Below, one piece after another: positions 20,384 to 34,221 of a stretch of DNA of 64,000 bases (within the stretch, counting starts at the first letter, position 1; each line of letters begins with the position of its first letter). The stretch is from Epiperipatus broadwayi (taxonomy: Eukaryota; Animalia; Onychophora). The notes under the pieces were generated by a model that made no database searches, was not told where the DNA came from, and worked only from the letters and a program-made list of their open reading frames with translations. The DNA lies in assembly GCA_028023455.1 (NCBI GenBank), contig JAQFVV010000005.1, forward strand, positions 17,608,001 through 17,672,000, in the 5' to 3' direction. A program made the position numbers and the translations under genes.

Positions 20384-23300
20384 TTTTATATTTTTATTAG
20401 CAAGTGCTGTCAAACTATTATTGACTTCTGATAGTCATATGATGGCATTTTTATAGAGTGACTGGCCACCTGTTTATTATTTCAAATTCTGTAGTGAAGA
20501 CATTCACCTTCATTACTACTACATATCTTTTTTTTTTATCATCGGTCTTTCCAATTGCACATATTGCTAATAAATTAGATTGTTTTATAATATAACCAAT
20601 ATAATGCAATTTTAACCTGAACTTGTGTTTGAAATGAAAGTTCAGATCTCATCTGATCAAATATCCATTTGTGCTTTTTTTTTTTTGAAGTCCATAATAT
20701 TCATAAATTACTTCACTAACATCATAATTCAAAAATATTAATAGTTATTTTTCTTCTCGGTGTATAATTTTTACATTCATAGAAAATTATGTAGCTTAAA
20801 CAATTCTGATCTTCATTTTTGAAGTAAACATATTGAAAGTTCTCACTTCTAAGATTGAAGGTGAGATAAAATTGAATTTTTTCAAAAATGTTGGCACATC
20901 TACATGCCATGGTCTCAAACAGGGATTGGTTTCAGAACTGCATGAAATTTATTCCAACTGACAATTTAGGCTTGAAAATTTAGTTTTCAGACAGGCTTCC
21001 CATAGACAGCATCAAGCCATTGAATGGATTGAAGGTAAATTTAAAAATACGATTGCAATATGTCAAGCTTTAACTATGGAAGTGCTGATGGTCATATTTC
21101 TAGGGGCACTGTTTTTAGGCCACCATTATCTTTTTAGATACGTTAGATTTTCATCAGTAAAAAAAGATCGAATGGTTTAATTGCTTGAGAGTTCATAAGA
21201 TGTTCGAGGGCCAGAAATTCAACACTGCAAACAATTTAAGAACCCCACATGGCAGAGTATGATATTCTACTTTGGCGCTACACCGCACAGAGCGTTTTAT
21301 CATAGATCAAAAATCGATCCATCTTTTTAATAGAGTAGTAGATCTGAAATCAAATAAGAGGAGAAAGGTGCATTTTTAAAATATATATGCAGCTTTTATT
21401 CGCATTTATTTGATATATACTATTATTAAAAAATGTAAATTTTATCACGCGTAATTATTTTTATTTCTAAGCTTTTCCTTTGTGTGCAGCTGCTAAAGTA
21501 ACCTAGCAACCAGATGATGTGCTTTTAAAGTTGCGCTGCACCTTGAGTAAAGAAAGACCAATATCTTTTTAATCCTTTGTTCTAGATCAAGAATTCTTGT
21601 ATATATATATTTAAAAAAATATCTCAATTATTTTAATGCAAAAAGAAAAACAGTACTGAAAGTAATTTTTGCTCTTAAATTATTAGAAATCACTTAAAAA
21701 ATAATTTCAAATAAGTATCCTTAGAAATAATTTTAAGCAAGCACACGTATATATTTATCGGTGTATATATATAATTAATTATTAAATAGAACCTATAAAT
21801 ATATATATAAACAACTGAATTGATACAACTTTACAATTGCCGTGCTGCAAACACTTTTTTTTTTGATTGCTTTGCTATATATAAAAAAAAGACCAATTGC
21901 TCATGAGGATACACATACTTCAAATCAATTAGCATTTCCTGCATAACATAGCAATCTATTTATATTACGATTTTTGGCAGAAGTTCACCCAGTAGATGAA
22001 AATTGTGATTCAAAATACATGTCTGTAGCCGTGTAATTGAAAGGTCGTATCAATTAAATATTTTACATATACGTACAATTATTCAATAATGGACATTTTA
22101 TGTTATATCTGTATGTAATTAAATAAATTAAAACACAGAAATATACTTAAATAAACTTGGATTAGATGTAAACTCCAAGCATGTCATGAAACATACACTG
22201 TTTGATTGCTATATCATAAAAAGCTACAGAATACATGCATTTTGGAGACTGTTCTCATGTCAATGAATGTTATCAATCATTCACATAAGCATAGCAAACA
22301 TTTTTAATTGTATTAACATGTTAAATATTAAAAATAACTATAGGAAGCTAATGAGGGGGGATTGCCCAACATGTAAGCATACTACAATGTGGAGTGTTTA
22401 ATTTATGATGTGATGTAGCAATCAAACAATGAAGATTTCAAGCATTGTGATCAGTGATTATATTTATACAAATTCATTTACATACACACATACATATATA
22501 GGCCCTCTGCAAAACTTTTAAATTGTTTCCAATATCTCTTCACAGGTGTTAAAAAATACTGAGATATAAGTTAGTAGACTTTTTTGATAAAGACATTTTT
22601 TTATAATTTTTATTTCTCATTTTACTTTCCAGAAATCATTGGATAAATATCCATTTACTGATTAGTAGCCTATGATGGAAATTGTATAACCAACCCAAGG
22701 TGAACATCACTAGCCAACAATGAGAACAAGGAACATATAAAACCAAATACCAGATCATCCAGCAAGTAATTAGAATGTGACAGTATTGAGCGTTGAGCCT
22801 TTAGCTTTTGAGTAGAGTGAAGTATAGTCTTCTTGAGAACATGAATTAGCATATGAAAAAATCAAATTATGCAGTTGTCAGGCTTTTACTTTATTACATG
22901 AGTACATTTTTGAAAATTGATTGCTCTTTATCTATCTTAATGAGAGTTGCAGAAAAGTTTCTATCTATGAATTATTATATTCATTGAATAAGGCATAATG
23001 GAGAAAAAGATTGGCATAGAATCTTTTATATTTCAAATACAGCAATATAGTTTAGGGATCATTTGGATAATCAGAAGATGTAGTAAATAGCCAGAGTCAT
23101 AGTTGATAGTATTACAGTCAGAAATGTAAGGAAAAACTGAATTATATCAATAAGTCATTCTGGATGTCCCATGAAAACAATATACAACCATAAAATTTGA
23201 AAATTTTGTCTCTCTTCTATAAAATGTTCATTATTATATATAAGTTAACAAATTTTTCTAAGAAATGACCTAAATATTCTATCATTAATTTGAATTGACA

Positions 23301-23812
23301 CTAAAAAGAAAGAAAAAAACATTTGATAAGTATAGTGTTTCAATGGGAAATTATCAGTAGAAATAATCAGCCAATCACTTAAACAAACAATCCTTAAAAT
23401 AGTTCAAAGAAGAAGTAGCCAATCAAAAATAAAGTTGGGGATTTCTTTTTTACAGTATGGATCGTAAATCATGTATTGATAGAAAGCATGATGTTTCAAT
23501 AAACTAATATTAACCAATGAAAGTTAAAGAATTGTATTTCTATAGCTAAATACTTGAATAATTCTATAAATCACTGTCTTTAACAAGAGTTTATTAAAAT
23601 GAAGTCTGCTTTCCATGAGAAGATTGTTAATTTCATGATTAACAATGTACATTATTTGCAAAGAGAGTTATAAGAAGATTGTCATCCACTCATCCAAATA
23701 TCATAATAGACATAATAAAATCAAAAATATGGCATTGATCCTCCTCAGAATAATACATAAGAAAACTAGTAGTTATTAAATATAGTGGAATTTCATTGTC
23801 ATTCAACCCCTA

Positions 23813-23843
<31 letters not shown>

Positions 23844-24639
23844 TACACACCACACTAGTCTTAGTACTATTTATCACTATATTGTAGATTAAACTTAATG
23901 TTAGTTATAAAATTATTTTGTTGAGCCTAAACTTTTATTTCAAATATAAATCAGTATTAAATAATTATTATCATTATTTGTAATATGGCATTAAAATATT
24001 ACTAAACCATACCTCGGTCATTTAGTGTAATACCCAAAATATAAGATTTTCTATTTCATTAAGATCCAAAAATGAAGACAAAATTGAGGTATGCAAGATA
24101 ATAGTTTGAAAATTGTTTAGTTGGATATATTACAAGACAAACTAATTTTTTTTAGAAAGTTGTGTAACATTTGTGAAAAGTTAATGGTGGAGGAAGACAA
24201 AGTTTAGCAGAAATAAAATTAATGGATTTCAACACCACAATAATAAATGTGCTATCAAACAGATGATAGATCACTCAGAAAAAATATTTGAATGATAACT
24301 ATGAACTGAGAATAATTATATTGTATTTGAAAATTACATTCTATTTTTATAAAAATAATTTTAGAAGTGACTAAAGATTGCTATTTACTAAAGACAATAA
24401 GTACATTAATTCATTTCTATATAAGTCTTTGTTGTTTAGAACAGTGATAAGATAGCATGAATGATTTGAAGGCATAAATTCTTGAATTGAATTCCATTCA
24501 CTGTTTACAATGCTCACATCCCAAGAAACCAATCTTTCAATTATTGTTTTATTCCAATCTACAGCAGTAAGACTAACGTATTATTTCTGGTGCAAAAGGA
24601 TTTTTAGTTCTGATTGTTTTCATGTTGATCATGGGAGTC

Positions 24640-27571
24640 AGTGATAGAGAGTCTACATTTAGGGAAATTAACATGGCTAAATTATCAGAATAAGTTACCA
24701 ATTGTAGTTAAGCTAAATAAAGAAAATATGCCTGAATGGATATTCTCTGAGGCATATATCCTCTTTCATAAGATCCAGCTCCTTTCCTTGGATCCATTGC
24801 AGTCTGGTCAGCATTTGTGGGAATCTTAGGTTCTCTGATCAACACCTTCAGCAGGAGAACCAAGGGGCGCACAAGACTGTTAAATGAGCTGGATACCATA
24901 GCGGAAAGAGACAGTGAGCTAACAACTATGGAGGCCACTGTGCCTCAAAAAGCAATACAGAGACAAACAGAAGGTGCTCACAAATTATATTGCAGTAAAA
25001 AGAGCCAAGATCTATTTATCTGCAAAGAACAACTGGATGCAAAGCTATCTGAGGTGGGCCATTGGTGCTCGGAGAAGACCCACACCTTCAATGCTGTCCG
25101 TAGATAATTGTAACTACATAGGAAGCACTATGTTGGAGAAAATAGATGATCACTTCAGGAAGAAGTTTCAAAATTCCAGTTACGAGATTGGAAATGTTTG
25201 GCAAGGTGAACCAGTGTTGCAAGATCATGCCATTACTGAGCGGCAATGTCACCATTGGCTGAGGTCTTATCCAGAAAATGTACATCTGGGCCTTCATGGG
25301 GTACCACAATTTGTCCTGTTACACCTGACTAATTTCACAGTTAAAATAATCCATCAAGTCATTGTTGTGCTGGCCGGGGAATTTCAGATCATCCCCAACC
25401 TGTAGCCTATTGCGCTTGTACCTTTTCTCAAAAAGGCATTGAATCCATCTCCATTAACTAATTTAAGACCCATATCAGTAACTCCATTATTAATAAAAAT
25501 CATTGAATCACTTGTTAAGGATAAGATCCAACAGCAGCTGCTCAGTAAAATTTCTTATCACCAATTTGCCCACAAGGGATCATCTACTATTGAGGCAGTA
25601 AAGAATTTTGCCTTATTGGTGGGGTATATAAGGACTAAAAAGGTATCAGGACTTATTGTGGTGCAGGTGGACTTCGCAGCAACATTTGACTCCACGGTGC
25701 CTGCAAAATTATTCTCAATTTTGGAGTGCTATGGTAAACCAAAGTTTACATCAGAATCACAACAAATCTGCTGCTAAACAGATCAATATATACATCATTG
25801 GATGGCTCATTGGCCCCAAGGTTTAAACCACCTCTATCAATACCCCAGGGGTCACCTCTTAGCACCTTGTGTTTCATAGCCTATGTAAACCCTCTACTAA
25901 CAGCTATTGAGAAACATCTTCCTGGGGTATTTGTCCCAGTGCTAGAGGAGGAAGTTCATCACATATCATATGTTGATGACAATACAGTATTCCTCCCCTC
26001 ACATAAATACTTGCCCAAACTATATAAACTGCTGGATGAATACACTGAGAAATATGGGCTAAGAATAAACTCTGAAAAATCTGCTACCTGGAAGATCCAT
26101 TGGGCGACAGCAATTTCTTCAAGATTCTCAGGGGAACCTCAAAACATTCTTGGATTTCCCATGATGCTGTCCAGATCAGCTATGAAAAGAGCACTGCAAA
26201 ATAGCATTCTAGAAAAAACCAAAAAGGTTGCAAGTGCTCTCTGAGGGATCTACTTATCACTCCCAGGTAAGGCAGCACTGCTTAACATGTTGGTGCTTCC
26301 ATGAATTAATTACTTCATGCCACTTCTTAAACCAACCAGGTCCTTTCAAAATGCAATAAACTCAGTCTGCACTGGCATCTTGTGGAAGAGGAAAACAGTA
26401 ACCACCAGTTTAGTGAAGATGCAGAAACCGAAAGACTTGAACGGGCTCGGGTTGCATGATCTCAACAACTTCATTCAGAAATCCTTAAGGCAATGAATAC
26501 AAGATTGCCAGTGGACTCAGTACAGGATGAGATTGAACCTTCTGACATGCCACTACCCATACCAAGTAAGTGGGCCATGTAGCTGCTAGCATATGCCAAC
26601 AAATTTTTCAAAGTTATGGTATCAATTATTGACAACACTAACACTTACGGCAAGTTTACAAATACATGAATGCAAACATTACTGATTTAACTACTGAGCT
26701 TGATTTATCTACCAAATTACTAATCAGGAAACTAAAATTTTGCTACTTGGAAGCCAAACATATTGACTTTATCATAAGATTTAATTTGAAAGCCTTGCCA
26801 ACTAATTTTTTGGTAAATCATAGAAATTTCTCAAGAATAGAACCACTATATAGCTTATGTAAAGTGGCGGATGAAACTATTAAACATATTTTTACTGCTT
26901 TCCCATTTTTGAGTCCTGTTAGACAAATAACCAGAGCACTGCCAGTTAACGTGAAAATTCTAAGAATCAGGGATGCTATAAAGAGTGGTGTCTTTGCCGC
27001 AATTAGAATGGGAATGCTCCTGCTTTATGCCATGTGGTTAATGAGGAATTATTTCATTTTTAAACGAGGAAATAAAGAACCATGGGAGGCGTGTAAAAAA
27101 TTTATTCAAAGGACTATGTTTAGGGATCATTTATAAACGCCGGAAAAGCTCTTCGGGAACACTTTGGGGCAGCTTAGGCCACTGGATGAAGAGCCAATCT
27201 TCAGGTATGCAAATTAAAAATTAATTCAAGATTAAAAATGGTTCAATTAGATGGAGAATGACAAATGATCACTATCAATCAAAATATGGACTGCACAATG
27301 GTCATTGGCTAAGTCACTAAATGAAGAGCCAGTTGTTCAGATATAAAACTAGTACACAATAATTACAGACTAAGTTTGAATGATGAGCTTCTTGCTCTGA
27401 TCATGAAATTAATTTGTCATAGTAATAACTAATGTATCAAATGGATATATTTTCTAATTTGATAATTATTTACTAATGATTGCTATAATATGTCTAACAA
27501 ATCCAAACAAATGTATACCAACAAGATTTATATTGTAATTGTACATGTATTTTCCTTAATAAAAAAAAAAA
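24640..27571 (+). pseudogene. Decayed L1/Tx1-type LINE ORF2 with poly(A) tail
   Basis: LRPISV, HQF, VDFAATFDS, IPQGSPLSTLCF, YVDD, GLRINSEKS; C-terminal decayed zinc-knuckle region (LCKVADETIKHIF) and YAMWLMRN typical of L1/Tx1; AATAAA-A12 at ~27558-27571. Confidence 0.8.
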
Positions 27572-30242
27572 AGGATTTTTAGTTCAATATGCTTACATTA
27601 CTGTAAATCTGTTAAATATTACACGTCACCTTCCTTTTCAGTCTCATTCATAAATAAATCTTCTACAATAGTATTTTTAAAAATAGAAAATAAAAAAGAA
27701 TTCATTTTCCAAAAAATGAAATTAAAATTATGAAACTTTTATCCAAAATTTAATAAATAAAATTATTTAATATTCATTTCAGTCGGTTAATATAAGCGTA
27801 CAGCAATAGAATAAATAAAAAAATCTAGGCAGAATTTCTCAACTTCAGACACTGTACTACAAATAATGACATCTGTAGGTAGGTAGCAGAAAACCAGACT
27901 TTCCTAATATAGTAAAGTTTTGAAATTTCTGTGAGTTTACCTGTAAATGTAATCTGTATAGCATGTACAAATATGCAGGGCCAATCAGAGAGAGGTACAA
28001 GCGGAGAAGCTGCCCCAGACTTCACAATATTAGGGGTCTCAATTTGGCAACTCAATATATTAAACAAAAATACAGAAGGCAAAGCAATGTCATGGCTCAT
28101 AGAATGGCCTTAATTTTACAGTTTAAATTCCCCCCAAAAATATTTGGAAAAAACTTTTCCAGGCAAGCATATGAGTTGAATACATAAACCAGTTTAGGGA
28201 TGAGGTACCAATTTGATGACTCTGTGATGAAAGTGACTGCAGCGCTTGGTGACCAGCAGAACTAATAGTCTCTGTCAGTAAGTTCTTTGCTAACAGTGTT
28301 TTATGATACTAGCAATGCTAGAGTAAATCCACCCTATCCAAGTGCCATCTGGTTCTGATCTACTTGCTCATTTCTGTGATTCGTAACTAACTGCTCCCGG
28401 AGTCCTGTTTTTGGTCCTGTAAGTAAAAACTCTCATTTCTTCTCTCTCCCCCCATGTTCTTATTTTAAATTTTGAAGGACCTCTAAAATACTAGTTGCTC
28501 CAGGCCTCATATTTTCTCTGAAAGGCTCTCTATATAAGTTAAGTTCAAAGAGGACAGTTCATGATGATTTGACTGACCCTTCAATATTGATAAATAAATG
28601 TTTTAAGTAGTTATTCTTAGTTAGATAGATGAATTAAGATCAAGGAGGGGGAAATGCTTAAACTCTTAATTCACAGCAATTGGCAAGCTGCTGAGTATAT
28701 CTCTTTCTTCAGTGTTCTTCTATGAGGAATTGTGCAAAAAAATTGTGCTCTGCAGTGGGCCATTTTAAAGTTGTTTGATCATTTGCAGCCATAAAGCTTT
28801 GAAAGTGCTAAGCTTTAAATAAATTTAATAATATATATAACTTCTTTAACGAGCGTTATAAGCGCATAATTATTGATATTGTTTATAAATAATAAAAAAA
28901 GATCATATTATGATACAACAATTTAGAAATAAACCATTCAAATGAGATTTATTTGAGTTAATGATGTAAAAGTTTCATTAAAATATATAGCAAAAGTAAA
29001 GTATCACTGAACATGTTAATACTTAATCATCGTGCTTTATTGATTAGTCATTCCAGCCATAGTTGGGCAAAAAGGTTAATGTACATTAATTGGAAATTTC
29101 TGAAAAACTATTTTCTATATCTTTATTTAAGCCTATAAATTATTCAATTGATTATCTAAATATTACTACTATAACTCATCAAATTAAACCACACAATTTT
29201 ATCCAATGTCACCACATCTTCTCTTCCCCATATTACTCCAGTAAACTTCCTTATCCATCTTATGTAATCTCTTTCTAGGTTTTATAATCTCTTAGGATCA
29301 ATTTAAAGTTTCAATTTATTCATCTATTGTTATTTCTTTAGCAGCAGTTCAGTTATATTGTTCTTTTATCAATTTATTTCATGTTCATTTCCACTTTGTT
29401 TCACTCAACATACATTTCCCCATATTTTGTTGAGTTTGCATTATTCTTTTTTTAAAACATCTAAGTACACAACTAATAAAAAATCTTCCTTTGCAAATAC
29501 ATAAGCATATTTCCTTTTAACATAGTTATTTAGTTGATGTGATGCACTGTGATTTCTTTTTATACGGAGTCAGAAATCTCTCAGCCACTATGCCCAGAGA
29601 AACCTGTTAGCCACTCTACCCTCCCTTTCCATGCCCCACCCTATGTTTCCTTATATTCTTCTCTAATCTGCTTCATCCCATTTCCACAACATAATCTTTG
29701 TCAATTCCACAGCCTTTATATATAAATCCCCTTATCTTTTCCCAAACCTGGCATAAAAATCAAGAACCCACTTTTTGTATAATCATTTTGTTTATATTTA
29801 TTCTTCCACAACTTCATTATTTGTACTTTGTCGGCTTTCAGGCATTTACATTCAATTAACAGATGCCTAATATTTTCTATGCCTTCCTTACACAACTTTC
29901 AGACTAAATCACTCACATTTTTCCATTTATGTGCATATTCCCTTGTTATTAAAGATACTGTTCAAGCATTAAACAGTAGATTAATTTCCTTGCTATTATC
30001 ATAAATTCACTTGCAACCAATATTCTCTTTACTTTTATATATATTAAAACTCTTTTTACTCTCCACATTAGTTCTCCATCTCTCCAACTCCCTATTCTTT
30101 ATTAATATATCTATTCTTTTATCCATTCCTTACCACTATAACACTCAACAATTCTCCTAACACAATTGTCTCTTTTCTTATAAGTATACTGACATAAATT
30201 GCTTATCTAAATCTTCTGCATACCGTGATAACCCATCTTGTT

Positions 30243-30505
30243 GGCAAAGTCTTCATACAGTAGTACCACCCAGTGCAAGTTTTAATAATCAATAAATCCT
30301 TATCTAGTGCCTAGTCATCCAATATGTGGCTTTGATCAGTAAGAAACCTTGGATATGAGAGCATTGCATCTGGATCTTAAAAGCTAACACAATCACCCAG
30401 CGATGACTTTTTATATATTTAATCAACTATAAAGCTATGAGTCCAAGATGAAAATGCAATAATGTTTTCAATCCAAGTTAAGCTGCTTGTATAGTCATAA
30501 AGATG
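30243..30505 (-). mobile_element. Fragment of the ~435-nt hammerhead repeat (family B), ribozyme core partly deleted
   Basis: ggcaaagtcttcatacagtag..atccttatctagtgcctagtcatccaatat[deletion]gtggctttgatcagtaagaaaccttggatatgagagcattgc matches 37730-37895 and unit sequence 37440-37570. Confidence 0.75.
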
Positions 30506-30559
30506 TTGCAACCATTAATTGCTAAGGTTTGCACCGAGTACACTACTGGATGGAGACTT

Positions 30560-33000
30560 TGCTGCCATTTTAACAGCTTGTGTAAGCATAAGAAATGATG
30601 ATTATATGATGAACATAATTATTTCGATGAAAAGTATTCTCCAAAGTTAATTCTATGATTAATTTTATCCATTGCATTTCCATTTGTAGTAATAATCAGA
30701 TCAAGTATTTTTAACTGTTTACTTCCTCTAATTCATGATTATTAATCTTTATTTTCTTCATCTGTGAAAATCCATTGAACATTACATTTTTTAGTATTCA
30801 TCTTTAATCCTACTTTCTTAATCCTCTTATAATTATTGCAATATTCTCAAAAGCTCCAAAGCATTATTTGAAAAACAACCACATTATCTGCAAAATCTAG
30901 ATGACTGAAATAAAATCAATTTATTTTTATTCCATATCATTTCATTTTAATTCATAAAATACTTTTTATAAAAATGTTAAGTTTTGGAGATATAGAACCA
31001 CCTTATATATATCCTTACTAATATTAATCTTTTCTGTGTTATCATGCAATATTTTTCAGAATATGACAATATTCTGAATTATGTCTTGATATTCAAAAAC
31101 TTGGTTAAATGCCTTTTCATAACATGAAAATTTAATGCATACACAACTCATATTCATCGGTCCTTTCAATAACTTCTCCCGTTACTTGGATGTAATCCCT
31201 GTGTTAAAATCTATTTTACAACCAATTTGTTGTTTTCATTGATTTGAATTCAAAATTTACTATAGGCGAGTAATAATTATTTTAGTAAACATTTTGTAGA
31301 GAAATGATAATAAATTGATATATCTGTAATTTCTAATACCTTCTTTTTCACTCTTTTTTAAATATTAGTATCACTACTATTAAATTATCATATATGCATT
31401 TGAGATATAGCTTTACCAACAATTCCTCTGTTTCTTCAACAGCTTCTTTTAAGATATCTATAAATTCCTTCATTTTGCAAAACATTTCCAATCTTCATAG
31501 GTTTAATTGTGTGCCTCACCTCTTCCTTGAAAATACTTGGCAGTTAAGAAAATATGGTCAATATAAGAACTATCTTGTTTTCTTGTTAATAAAATATAGT
31601 TCTTGGTCAAACTCTTCCACAAACTTCATGACTTCACTTCTCTTTCCAATAAAAGTACCGTCTTTTATTATTATGATTGAAACAACTTTCTTTGTGTTAT
31701 AATTTTGAGACTTATTTTCTTTTAAAATTTTCTTTGCCAATTACTTTGTATCATGACAAATACTTTTTTGTACGATTTTGTAAATTCCAAATATTCAATT
31801 CTTCTAAATGAATCCTTTAAAAATATTATCATGTTCCTTGCTATTTTCTTCCATTGTATTGTCTCAGTTACAAATTTATTGATGAATTGCTGATTTTTTG
31901 GTAACGGTTACCTGTGCAATTGACATTAATAGACTATCAGTTAATTTATTATTTAATAAAGTCTTAGCCATCACCTAATCAGTTAAGACTTTAAAAAGGC
32001 ATACAAGTTCAAGTTTAAAATCATTAAAATTATTCTGTAGATTAAAAATATATACTGTTAATGTTGACTTTTTTAATAGCTTTTGTTTCCCTAGATTTTT
32101 TTTAATATATATCTTATATCTCATTAATTGATGATCTTCTTCTGTATTAAAAATGTATTAAACATAATACAATTTTAAATATATACATAATCCACTCTGT
32201 TGTATATTTATTTGGATGCTTCAATGTCCGTTTACATTTCTATTTTGGACATTGTTTTTTTTTAGAAAAATCATAATAAAATGATTTTTATTTAATTTTG
32301 GTGGCCTAGCGGTTAGCATAGCTGCCTTCCAAGCAGCTGGCCCAGGTTTGCTACCCGGTCAATGCTTTGACATATATATATATATAAATTATTTTACACA
32401 AATCCCACAAGTCTTTCTTACTAACTCTGCATTTCAATTTTATCTACAACATTTTAGAATATTTATTAGTTGCTTTCCATTTCTAGAAGTAAAATCTCCC
32501 ATGACAATTTTAAAATGTTGTTTAGTCTGATTAAAAACATTCTGTACATCTAAATAAAAATCCTCTACCTTTTCATCAAAATGAGAGCTTGTTGGGATAT
32601 AACCTGAATTCTCTACATTTAGTAACTTCTAATAAAATTAATAACTAATCTTACATTGTCTAATATACCATCAATCTTTACAATGTTGTTCTTTTACTTT
32701 TGATATATTCTTTTTTCAACTCAGTTATCTATTCATATTTTCTTTAAACTGTGTAAAGTCTAACAATGTCTCTCATTTAAAACTAGATAGTTCTGCTGCC
32801 AAGTAACACAATATTCACAATATTCTTTCATTTGAAATTCATTTACAGTCAGAGACAGCTAAATAAAAGGTCATCATATGGTAGTCTAAATTTGCAATCA
32901 GGGAATTTTTAGAACCCTTTGCTTTTGACTGTGAACCACAACCTTAACAAATAGCTTTATGTATTTCTGAGAATGAAAGTCATAAATTAATCTGTCTTTC
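30560..33000 (-). pseudogene. Old decayed RTE copy related to the intact element (boundaries approximate)
   Basis: Minus-strand remnants LDFADNVVVF (~30870-30900), CYEKAFNQV (~31100-31125), KDGTFIGKRSEVMKFVEEFDQELY (~31600-31670) align with the 9403-12309 protein. Confidence 0.6.
32295..32366 (+). tRNA. tRNA-Gly(TCC) pseudogene
   Basis: tggtggcctagcggttagcatagctgccTTCCaagcagctggcccaggtttgctacccggtcaatgc matches metazoan tRNA-Gly-TCC; 5' acceptor bases lost and T-loop GTTCGA decayed to GTTTGC. Confidence 0.8.
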
Positions 33001-33896
33001 AAGCTTGTAAATATAAAAGAGAATGAACTAACTTGAATACATTAAATTTGTTGTATTTTGATATTAAAAATTAACTGATAATTTTGTATGTGGACAATCA
33101 CTACTCATTTCTAGATTTCTAGCGAATATGGAGATAACTGCAAGCTCTATAGTAAATGTCATTTAGTACAAACTTCTGAATTCTGTGGAATTATCAGCAA
33201 CTGAGGAAAAAACAATGATGTTTATTGCTTTTGAAGTCAAATTTAAAACCAGCAAACTTATCACAATAATATGTATTGATGAGAAACTCATTCATTTTGT
33301 TTATCATATGAATAATCACACAGTAGTACCATCTGTAATGACAAGAACATATGTAGTGAGCATTAAGTAATTTGCCCTACTCAGTTCTATTAAGGCATTA
33401 AAAGTCCTCCTTTCTGCAGACATCATAAAATTAATAATCAGTCTTTCAAAAAGTAGATGAAACTGCAGATATATATTGAATTTAAATCCCCAAAAATCCA
33501 AATTGAATTAATCAAAATTCTTTATTACTATTTCCCACACTTAAATCAGCACATTCAACATCTAAATATTTCTGACACTAAAACAAATACTTTTGACTCT
33601 TAGAATAATATTTCTCATACTTGAAGAGTACTTCATCTAATTGCTAAATATCTCAATTGTTGAATAAAGATAAAATGAATGGTTTGACCTCCCAGTGTAT
33701 TAATGAAAAACAATAATACTCAGAGTTATAGAGTGTCAGAACAAATATGAACACCCATTGTATTTCTTAAATATTCTCTTATTCTTCTCTTTCACATTCT
33801 TTGCATATCTTCATATCTTCATATATATATTGCTTACAACAGTTCTTTCATATACACTTTAATGCAAACAAATTTTCTTAAAAACTTCTTTATTTT

Positions 33897-33933
33897 CCTT
33901 ACAGTTTCAACTGTCCAGCAGTCTTCATCAGAG
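33897..33933 (-). ncRNA. Minimal type I hammerhead ribozyme (family C), host-sense strand
   Basis: Minus: ct CTGATGA a GACTG ctgga CAGTt GAAA C t GTA^ agg; core intact, G.U at 10.1-11.1, very short stem I. Confidence 0.65.
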
Positions 33934-33942
33934 CTCTATGCT

Positions 33943-33980
33943 TCACTAATGAAGACTGCTAGACAGTCGAAACTGTAAGG
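33943..33980 (+). ncRNA. Hammerhead (family C) with G5-to-A core mutation, likely inactive
   Basis: CTAATGA a GACTG ctaga CAGTC GAAA CTGTA agg. Confidence 0.55.
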
Positions 33981-34098
33981 AAAATAAAGATGTTTTTAAG
34001 AAAATTTGTTTGCATTAAAGTGTATATGAAAGAACTGTTGTAAGCAATATATATCTCTTAAATATATAGTCTAAGTATAACTGTTTATATTTTCTAAC

Positions 34099-34221
34099 CT
34101 TTATGATGGCCTCCAGGGTGTCTACCTTACACAATAATGTGTCACGTTCTGTTTTCGCTGTCTGGCACTCGCTCTCCACACCGGCTAAGCTTACTTTCAA
34201 ATCATGACATTCTGCACTGAC
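34099..34221 (-). CDS. Rbp: Coding exon of host RIM-binding protein gene (upstream of the 8329-8436 exon)
   Basis: ttttttatag acceptor, GTTAGA donor; 123 nt phase 0-0 exon VSAECHDLKVSLAGVESECQTAKTERDTLLCKVDTLEAIIK; joins in frame to HMRE..., reproducing the ...LESLEQVLK-HMRE junction of RIMBP1/TSPOAP1. Confidence 0.75.

Larger units (their letters stand above)
33775..34055. mobile_element. Head-to-head hammerhead hairpin element (family C)
   Basis: Inverted arms 33823-33931 and 33946-34054; candidate 10-bp TSD tcttaaatat at 33765-33774 and 34056-34065. Confidence 0.8.

Noticed and set aside
20700-21420. Possible DNA transposon coding remnant
   Set aside because: Looks coding-like, but I recognised no diagnostic motif or TIR pair.
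27175-27420. Three atgaagagcc/atgatgagc motifs in the L1/Tx1 3' region resembling hammerhead cores
   Set aside because: No copy has both an intact CUGANGA and a correctly placed GAAA with paired stems.
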